Positions 7,721 to 14,867 of a DNA stretch of 64,000 nt are shown here, in pieces. Made by a program: the position numbers and the translations under genes. The stretch lies in IMG/VR virus record IMGVR_UViG_2061766007_000596, one strand, 5' to 3'. Source of the DNA: an uncultured virus (IMG/VR IMGVR_UViG_2061766007_000596) (lineage: Duplodnaviria; Heunggongvirae; Uroviricota; Caudoviricetes). The notes beneath the pieces are model-generated. The model was not told where the DNA came from and did no database searches. It saw only the letters and a list, made by a program, of their open reading frames with translations. Position 1 is the first letter of the stretch, and each line of letters begins with the position of its first letter.

Positions 7721-7951
7721 TTAAAAGAGCTCCATAGTTCCTTCAACTCCATATTCCGCAGTTTCTACAGGGTATTCCTCAGTGATATACTGCTCAAGAG
7801 TATGATAGCCTGTGCGGATATATAGAACGCTTTCAAGAACGTGTGTCCAAGAATTACCTACTAAATTGAAGGCTAGATTTAATTCCTCGGCAGTGGCTAT
7901 TGAGTCCTCTACCATAAAATCGTACATTCTCATTTCTTCGGGTGTCATCAT
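7721..7951 (-). CDS. hypothetical protein (start reassigned to MMTPEE)
   Basis: GAGAGG RBS upstream of ATG 7951; promoter at 8096-8124. Confidence 0.65.
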   Translation of the reverse strand: MMTPEEMRMYDFMVEDSIATAEELNLAFNLVGNSWTHVLESVLYIRTGYHTLEQYITEEYPVETAEYGVEGTMELF

Positions 7952-8359
7952 AGTAATTGTCCTCTCTCTCTTTATTATTGCGGTTTCCACTAGGTTATTG
8001 TTCTCCAATAATCAGCTTTGTCAAGTTGAAAATCTAAACATTAAGAGCTAGTTATCTCACTGAGAAGCTCCACCGCCTTGCTCCTCTGTAAGTATAGAAT
8101 ACCATATCTTAATAAGGATTGCAAGCTAAATACTGCACAAAATTTTGGGAACCTGGCGCCCCGGTTTTTGTACAAATTGCATAAATCAAACATTTGAGAA
8201 AGGTCTAATAATCAAAAAGCGGCGCGCTTCCTTGATAACGCATTCGTAACCGCGCCGCCGCCCTAACGAAATTACGTATATTTTTGTGCGGTATTGCGTA
8301 TACGCTATTTTGATAAAAAAGAGCGGTATTTAGATAACCGCCCTTTATTGAGTTAACTA

Positions 8360-8548
8360 TTAGCCGTACAATGCTGTCGAAATTCTGTCAATCAGATTGA
8401 ACATCCATTCTATTTGGTCTTCGTTCATTTCTACCCGGTCTCGCGTATAGTCCTCATACAAGGCGTCAATCTTTTTGTCGGCTACATGAAACAGCCTAAA
8501 ATTGCAAAGCTCTGTGATTTCCTCTAATCTGTTGTTTATATCTCTCAT
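8360..8548 (-). CDS. small helical protein, paralog of 12131-12319
   Basis: Shared pattern KKID.LYE.YT...M......M..LID.IST.LYG. Confidence 0.75.
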   Translation of the reverse strand: MRDINNRLEEITELCNFRLFHVADKKIDALYEDYTRDRVEMNEDQIEWMFNLIDRISTALYG

Positions 8549-8562
8549 TTTTTCACCTATGT

Positions 8563-8590
8563 GGGCGGTTTAACCACCTACCGCCAAGGC
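8563..8590 (-). repeat. type-II junction hairpin (other copies 8815-8851, 9175-9203, 10778-10813, 12326-12361; divergent 11053-11080)
   Basis: Minus-strand consensus CCTTGGCGGT-RGGTGGTYAA-ACCGYCA between a stop codon and the next RBS. Confidence 0.9.
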
Positions 8591-8597
8591 AATTAAA

Positions 8598-8810
8598 TTA
8601 TCTTACATATTCTACATTTATACCCATTTCTCTAGCTAATCTTAAAGGGTGATGTCTTACATTTCTCTCTATTGTGGTAGTACAGAGTAAATGTACTAAG
8701 GTTTCAGAAGACTCATTATCTTCATATATTCTCTGAATTAAAAAGTCTTCAAAATCACGTCTTGTAAATCCTATAACTCCATCTACTATGTAACTAATCG
8801 GTATGTTCAT
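8598..8810 (-). CDS. hypothetical protein (start reassigned to MNIPISY)
   Basis: GGAGA RBS just after a type-II hairpin. Confidence 0.65.
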   Translation of the reverse strand: MNIPISYIVDGVIGFTRRDFEDFLIQRIYEDNESSETLVHLLCTTTIERNVRHHPLRLAREMGINVEYVR

Positions 8811-8857
8811 GTTATCTCCAATCTGAAGGTCTAACCACCTACCTACAGGGCGATATG

Positions 8858-9145
8858 TCAATCCATTATATCTTCGAGTTTTTCAAGAGTTTCCCACCAC
8901 TCTTCGAAGTACTTACCGTATGCTTCATCATTGCATATCTCTTCATAGACTTCGCCATACTCTTCTTCAGCTTCATCAAGTGTAGCCTTAATTACTGCGA
9001 ATTTCTGAACTATCTCATCTAACTGCGCCCAAAGGTTCTCTGTCTCACAGGCGATAAAGTCAGTGGCATCACCGTCCATATGATTAGATATAAGTGCCAT
9101 ATTATTAGCTACTGCGTCCATAAGCTCCTGTTTCATTCTACCCAT
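8858..9145 (-). CDS. acidic hypothetical protein (start reassigned to MGRMKQ)
   Basis: AAGGAG RBS. Confidence 0.7.
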   Translation of the reverse strand: MGRMKQELMDAVANNMALISNHMDGDATDFIACETENLWAQLDEIVQKFAVIKATLDEAEEEYGEVYEEICNDEAYGKYFEEWWETLEKLEDIMD

Positions 9146-9210
9146 TTTTATTACATCTCCTTTGTTTTTTATAGTTAACGGTTTGACCACCCACCGCCAA
9201 GGCAATATAT

Positions 9211-9489
9211 TTAGTTGTTAGCGAGGTCAGCGTTGAAAAACTTTTCTTCAAAAGTGCTGTATTCACACTTGTTATCCTCATTGAAATCAGGCATATATAC
9301 TGTAATATCATGCCAATCCTCACGGATAACTCCCTCTGCGATAGCGTCCTGTATAAGGCTATAAGCATAATCCCTATAAGAACGGCTATTCCATTTCTCA
9401 CTTTCCTGTATATAGGCAAACATATCACAATCATCTTCATAGTTTACCTTTACAAGGTTAGTTGCGTCATAAGCATACATTTTAGCCAT
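9211..9489 (-). CDS. acidic hypothetical protein
   Basis: 92 aa, GAGAGG RBS; first gene after promoter TTGACA-17-TAAGCT (9585-9613). Confidence 0.7.
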   Translation of the reverse strand: MAKMYAYDATNLVKVNYEDDCDMFAYIQESEKWNSRSYRDYAYSLIQDAIAEGVIREDWHDITVYMPDFNEDNKCEYSTFEEKFFNADLANN

Positions 9490-9516
9490 AATCTTTACCT
9501 CTCTTTATAAAGTTGT

Positions 9517-9581
9517 CATTGTGCGTGTCTGTTATTGGAGCTAGGGACTTATTTCGGTGATGCCCTGTCCTTCAAGACACT
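9517..9581 (-). ncRNA. conserved structured leader, copy 1 (copy 2 at 11415-11478)
   Basis: Stem GTGTCT/AGACAC versus GTGTCC/GGACAC; shared ATAAGTCC and GACACGCACAATGA. Confidence 0.5.
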
Positions 9582-9619
9582 TATAGCTTATCACATCATA
9601 CCTAAAATGTCAAATTTGA

Positions 9620-10225
9620 ACTTCCGCATGGTTACTGGGTTTGAGGGGTGTCAAAATCCTGGAAGGCGCATGGTTGACAGGAAAATCGTAGGTCCAAACC
9701 CGCAATCCTGCATGGTTGAGCCATTTCAGAATCTTCTACGTTTTGCACAAAAATTTTTCATTTTTTTGTACAAAATGCACAAGAGGGTCTCAATACGCAT
9801 GAATACTGAATTTGCAGGGTCTCAAGTCCTGAGATCCGCTTAAATAGGGGCTTTCAAGGCTCTACCCCTTGGAATTCCGCATGTTTACTGGCTTTGCAGA
9901 CCATGGGTTGGAAAACCGCATGAATACTGTGTTCTGAAACCCGCATGAATACTGCGTTTGAGGCCTGTCTGCAAACCCACTGTTCATGCGGCTTCTGAAA
10001 CCCGCATGGATACTGAGGTTGCTCGCAAAGCTGCATGAATACTGGGTTTGCAGACACCCCTGGAACCCGCATGAATACTGGGGTTGCGCAAAGCCGCATG
10101 GGATCTGTGTTTGAGGGGTGTCCTGCAACTCGCATGGATACTGGGTTTGCATTGTGGGACCCCGCAAACCCGCATGAATACTGAGTTTTCGATCGCCGGA
10201 AACCCGCATGGTTACTGGGTTTGGG
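9620..10225. repeat. array A of AAACCCGCATGRATACTG(GGTTT) motifs
   Basis: About 16 copies by hand count, irregular spacing (mostly 25-42 bp), at least one inverted. Confidence 0.9.
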
Positions 10226-10410
10226 AACACGCCGCTCGTCGAAACGCTACGCTGGCGCTCGCGGCGCGATGACCAATAGGATTGCTTTTATTTTAGGATT
10301 AAAAAATTTTATTTGAAACAGTTTAGCAAAATTTTAAAACAAACAAAGCAAACAAACAAATCACATTGCGACTGTTATGATCTGTGTACGATCCACGCAG
10401 ATCATAATAT

Positions 10411-10437
10411 AAAAGAGAGGATAAATCCTCTCTTTTT
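10411..10437. terminator. bidirectional intrinsic terminator
   Basis: AAAAGAGAGGAT-AA-ATCCTCTCTTTT. Confidence 0.7.
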
Positions 10438-10482
10438 TAGATTACTCAGTGATGAATAAATCACTGTAGTAATATATTTTAT

Positions 10483-10773
10483 TTATATTTGAAATTCATA
10501 GAAATTCATTTCATTACAAGAGCGTATTAACATCTCCTTATAATACATTTTTGGAATATAAAACTCTTTATTGAGTCTTATTCCTTTACTATCTACTTCC
10601 ATACCCAGTCCCCATATATCCTCACATTTACACATAATTACATAGGTATTATATGGTGAATAGTATTCTTTTTCATAGCGAAGAATTTTAATATTTTCAC
10701 ATGAAAGATATATTGATAAATCCTCCGCCATCATATCATTAAGTCCTCTGAAAATGATTATTGATTGATCCAT
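10483..10773 (-). CDS. hypothetical protein
   Basis: 96 aa, GGAGA RBS after a type-II hairpin. Confidence 0.7.
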   Translation of the reverse strand: MDQSIIIFRGLNDMMAEDLSIYLSCENIKILRYEKEYYSPYNTYVIMCKCEDIWGLGMEVDSKGIRLNKEFYIPKMYYKEMLIRSCNEMNFYEFQI

Positions 10774-10820
10774 GTTTTCTCCAATCTGACGGTTTAACCA
10801 CCCACCGCCAAGGTTGTTAA

Positions 10821-10994
10821 TTAGTAGTTATTTTGTGTTTGGTTATAATAGTTAAAATCCCTAATAATAGCCCTTCTATTTTCAGGGGTATCAGGAAGAT
10901 TATACCCACTACGGTTATCTCCTAAAAACAGCTCACCAAAATCATTAACTCCACAAGATAAACCTGTCTTTTTGTTTTCTTTAAAAATTTCCAT
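10821..10994 (-). CDS. hypothetical protein (start reassigned to MEIFKE)
   Basis: AAGGAG RBS. Confidence 0.65.
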   Translation of the reverse strand: MEIFKENKKTGLSCGVNDFGELFLGDNRSGYNLPDTPENRRAIIRDFNYYNQTQNNY

Positions 10995-11104
10995 TATTGC
11001 TCCTTTCTTATGAAAGGGGGACTTCCTTGTCCCCACTTATATGTTAGATAGGTGGCGGACTTTGAGCCGTCCGCCATGGCAAGATATTCAGTTAAAGTAT
11101 TTCA

Positions 11105-11383
11105 TTAGTCGAAATACTTATGATAAGAAGAACAGCCAATCAATCCCTGGTTGAAATTGATTCTAGTTATAGTATGTTCGCTAAAGTGGCTTTCAATTGC
11201 AATTCCATAAGAACTAGAGAATACCCTTGCTCTAGGCATTTCAATCCATAATGTTGTAGGCATGAGTATAGTAGATTTACCACTATCAATTATATAACTG
11301 CCTTTTGGAAATACATGAGCTATTTTAGCCTTTGCTATCCTTTTTGAAGATAAGTCATCAAAACTAAGTTGTATTGTTACCAC
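11105..11383 (-). CDS. hypothetical protein
   Basis: 92 aa, GTG start, GAGGG RBS; promoter TTGACA-17-TAATCT at 11482-11510. Confidence 0.6.
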   Translation of the reverse strand: MVTIQLSFDDLSSKRIAKAKIAHVFPKGSYIIDSGKSTILMPTTLWIEMPRARVFSSSYGIAIESHFSEHTITRINFNQGLIGCSSYHKYFD

Positions 11384-11513
11384 TCTTTTTCCCTCTTTTC
11401 TCTTATTTAGTTTTCATTGTGCGTGTCCATTTTGGAAACGAGGACTTATGTCTGTGGTGCCTTGCCCCTCGGGACACTTATAGATTACTACTTTTGCAAC
11501 CTTTTGTCAACCT

Positions 11514-11925
11514 CAATGTTTATGCGGTTTTCAAGCCCCGGCTTTTCTGAAACCCGCATGAATACTGCATTTCAGGAGCATAAAATTTCTTTTTGTATCT
11601 TTTGCACAAAGTTGTCATATCAAAATCTCATTTTGATTGTGAATTTTGCACAAAACCCACATCTGTTCTAAAGGTGCCCGCAAACCCGCATGAATACTGC
11701 ATTTGCGAGAAATGGCTCAACCATGCGGCCTGGCCCGCAAACCCGCATGAATACTGCATCCTAGAACGCAGGCGTGGTGCGGTTTTCCGGCTCAGGCCGC
11801 ATGGTTACTGCGTTTGCAAAAAGGGGTACTCGCAAAGCCGCATGGTTACTGCATTTCAGGACTTGAGAGCCCGCAAACCCGCATGAATACTGCGTTTGCA
11901 AACCCGCATGGATACTGGCTTTGCG
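11514..11925. repeat. array B of AAACCCGCATGAATACTG motifs
   Basis: About 9-10 copies, both orientations. Confidence 0.9.
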
Positions 11926-12130
11926 AAATTTAGGGCCGTAATTGGGCTCGACCCACAGGGTACCCCGACCCATAACGGCCCAAGCAACTAATATATCAAC
12001 ATTCAACATCTAAACAAACAATTGTGCAAACAAACAATTAAATCACATTGTGATATTGTTATATTGTTATGATCTGTATATGATCTATGTAGATAGCATA
12101 GGCAAGGGGCCTTATTCAGGCCCCTTTGTA

Positions 12131-12319
12131 TTAGCCATACAGTTTGGTACTTATCCAATCTATAAGAATATACATATAATCCTCTTCCTCTTTTGTCATT
12201 CGAATCTTGCTTTGTGTATATTCCTCATACAGCTCATCAATTTTCTTGGCTGCATATTCATAATGGTGTCCTGCAGCTGCTGCCCTAACTAAGTTTAACC
12301 TATCCATTATTGTCATCAT
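12131..12319 (-). CDS. small helical protein, paralog of 8360-8548 (start reassigned to MMTIMD)
   Basis: AGGAGA RBS after a type-II hairpin; terminator at ~12104-12128. Confidence 0.75.
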   Translation of the reverse strand: MMTIMDRLNLVRAAAAGHHYEYAAKKIDELYEEYTQSKIRMTKEEEDYMYILIDWISTKLYG

Positions 12320-12370
12320 ATTATCTCTCCTAACTGACGGTTTAACCACCCACCGCCAAGGTTATTTGTT

Positions 12371-12637
12371 TTAGTAAATGTATTCAATATCATTGAAATC
12401 TATTTCAACTTCAGTTTCTTCATTGATTATGATTTTAATAACTTTATTGATATAATCAATGATGAACTGCTGCTCATCAGCATCGAGTACTAACGTTCTA
12501 TACGAGTCTCCATACACGCTATCACTTATGCCTAATTCCTTGCGCAATTCCCTTTGAGTCTGTACAAATCCTATTAACTGCAATCTGTACTTCCTTATAG
12601 CTTCTTTTTTTACTAATACATAGATAGTTGTTTCCAT
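12371..12637 (-). CDS. hypothetical protein
   Basis: 88 aa, AGGAG RBS; promoter TTGACA-17-TAAGGT at 12686-12714. Confidence 0.7.
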   Translation of the reverse strand: METTIYVLVKKEAIRKYRLQLIGFVQTQRELRKELGISDSVYGDSYRTLVLDADEQQFIIDYINKVIKIIINEETEVEIDFNDIEYIY

Positions 12638-12789
12638 TCCTTTTCTCCTTTTCTGTTTTTGTTTGTTCCCTCTTGGGATAATACTACCTTATCAAAAAAT
12701 GTTTTCATTGTCAACACCTTTTTTCAAAAAAAGTTTTTTTTCTTTCAACTTTGCATGAAATCTGACTTTGTTAGCTCAATACCTCAAGA

Positions 12790-13045
12790 TCCTGATGAAT
12801 ACTGTGTTTTTTAACATGCCCTCTCAGGAATGGCTCAACCATGCGGGGTTTCCCGCAAACCCGCATGAATACTGCGTTTGCAAATGCAGCAACCATGCGG
12901 CTTTCAGCGCCAGGCCGCATGAATACTGACTCCGCAAATGAAGGTGCCTTAGAGCCCGCATGAATAGTGGGTTTCGGGAGTTCAGACGCCGCAAACCCGC
13001 ATAAACACTGGGCTCGCAAACCCGCATAGATACTGGCTTTGCGGA
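12790..13045. repeat. array C of AAACCCGCATGAATACTG motifs
   Basis: About 8 copies, both orientations. Confidence 0.9.
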
Positions 13046-13615
13046 ATCTCGGGCCCTGTGGCTCGGCCAGGGGTTTGATGGGCACTCGCCTACGGGCCCA
13101 GCAAAGGTCCTATGTCCCATGCCTGGTCGGACCCGCGCACCCGCATGTCCTTTAGTCTTTTACCTTTATATCTTCTCTTGTTTTCTCTTTTATTATTAAA
13201 ACTCATTGTGTTGTTCTTTGTCCTTTCTCTCTCATCTCACAACAATCGATTGAACAACACTGTCTCTCTTGTCCCATCAATCTTATCAATTCTTCTCTTT
13301 TGTTCTTTTGTGGCGGTTCTTTTGTGGAGGGTAGGCAGCAGATCGCTTGGCTCTACGCAGCGTTTGTCTACAGAGCATTCGGGGGGTATATTTCAGGATT
13401 TTCGTCTATTGAAAGAGTAGAGTGCTTTTGGCTCATACTCCCCCACACCAAAAATTTTTCTCTTTTTTCCATATCCCTTTCTATCCCAAAAATTTTTCTC
13501 TTTTTCCCATATCCCTTTTTAAGGAAAACCGCTTCCCGCATTTATCTCCATCACCCAATTTTAAAAATACCTATACGCATGACCAAAACCGCCTTCCTCT
13601 TCCTCTTAATCGTAC

Positions 13616-13644
13616 TTGACAAGTAAAAAATTTTATGCTATACT
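13616..13644 (+). promoter_or_regulatory. sigma-A promoter for the packaging operon
   Basis: TTGACA-17-TATACT with TG extension. Confidence 0.75.
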
Positions 13645-13695
13645 ATTAATAGAAGAAAGCAGTTCAAACACTGTAAAAACAAAAACAAAAGACAA

Positions 13696-14853
13696 ATGGA
13701 GATTAGACACATGGAAAATGAAAATAATAAAACTCAATCTTCTCCTAGTGAAGGCGAAGCCTTCACCTATATTAAAATGGATTATTCATTAGAAACTGCA
13801 GAAGAAAGAGTTAAGAAAGTAGAAGAAATTATAGCTAATACTCCAGAAGAAAAACTTACCCCCTATTACTTAGAAAAATTAGGAGAATACATAGTAATAC
13901 CAGCAAATAAAAAAGAACGATTAGAGAACAAATATTTAACAACAAATCACATGGTAACTGTAAATAAAAGGGAACTTTCTTTTGAGGGTTTAATAGAAAA
14001 AATTTCAGGTGAAAATGGAGAAAACCGCGATGCTATTCATAGCATGATAGCCAATGATAAAAACATCATCTTCTCCCCCAAAATAGGAATAACACAAGAA
14101 GACATAGAAGAAATACCAGGGATGCGGGAATTGGTTGATGCAATCAAGGAAGTAGAAGCCCAGAAAAAAGCAGCTACCGGCCGCCGCGCTCTCCTTTTAG
14201 GAAAACAACTTATTCAGATGCGGGAAGACCAATACGTACTAAAGGCCGCTTACCGCAAGCCCATCCGCATGATGAATATAAAGAAAACTTATTCCTTCTT
14301 AGACCTTAGTGAAAAAATAACAATAGATGAACAAGGGGTTCCCGCAAGTACAGGTTATCTTAATCTTTTTACACCAACTCATATCTCTCTCTTGTTGTGT
14401 AACTATTCTAGAATTAAAGAAGAGAGTTGGGATAGATTTGAAAGTGATATTCGTTGGATGATGGAAGATCTTGATGCTCTTGTTGACAAGACATTCAAGG
14501 ACAAATTCCCTTTATATTACGACCTAATCATCTATAAAATAGATGGAAAGTCAAATGCGGAAATCCAAGATAAATTAGCGGTTGACCATGGTATTCGTCA
14601 TTCAGTAGAATATATAAGTGCATTATGGCGTAATAAAATACCTAAAATGATTGCAGAAACCGCAATTAAAGATTGGTTAGTTTGGCACTATACATTTGAA
14701 GAACGCGGGAAGTGGAAACGTTGTTCAAAGTGTGGACAAATTAAATTAGCTAGTAACTACTTTTTTTCAAAAAATAATACAAGTAAAGATGGTTGGTATT
14801 CTATTTGTAAAGAATGTAGAAATTCTAAGAATAAAAAAATACAACCTAGATAA
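13696..14853 (+). CDS. DNA-binding protein with a sigma-region-4-like HTH and a C-terminal Zn ribbon
   Basis: LIIYKIDGKSNAEIQDKL...SVEYIS segment; CSKC...CKEC. Confidence 0.5.
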   Translation: MEIRHMENENNKTQSSPSEGEAFTYIKMDYSLETAEERVKKVEEIIANTPEEKLTPYYLEKLGEYIVIPANKKERLENKYLTTNHMVTVNKRELSFEGLIEKISGENGENRDAIHSMIANDKNIIFSPKIGITQEDIEEIPGMRELVDAIKEVEAQKKAATGRRALLLGKQLIQMREDQYVLKAAYRKPIRMMNIKKTYSFLDLSEKITIDEQGVPASTGYLNLFTPTHISLLLCNYSRIKEESWDRFESDIRWMMEDLDALVDKTFKDKFPLYYDLIIYKIDGKSNAEIQDKLAVDHGIRHSVEYISALWRNKIPKMIAETAIKDWLVWHYTFEERGKWKRCSKCGQIKLASNYFFSKNNTSKDGWYSICKECRNSKNKKIQPR

Positions 14854-14867
14854 AAAGGAGGTACTAG

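Noticed and set aside
9535..10272. Overlapping ORFs across array A (likewise 11417-12009 and 12771-13120)
   Set aside because: They are repeat-derived open frames on both strands without RBSs, and their translations only echo the DNA motif.
9620..13045. CRISPR or TIGR-like guide array
   Set aside because: Repeats are degenerate and in mixed orientation, inter-repeat gaps are short and irregular, and no cas or Nop-domain gene is visible in the window.
13112..13626. Hydrophobic ORFs at the strand switch
   Set aside because: They are by-products of pyrimidine-rich low-complexity DNA and lack RBSs.
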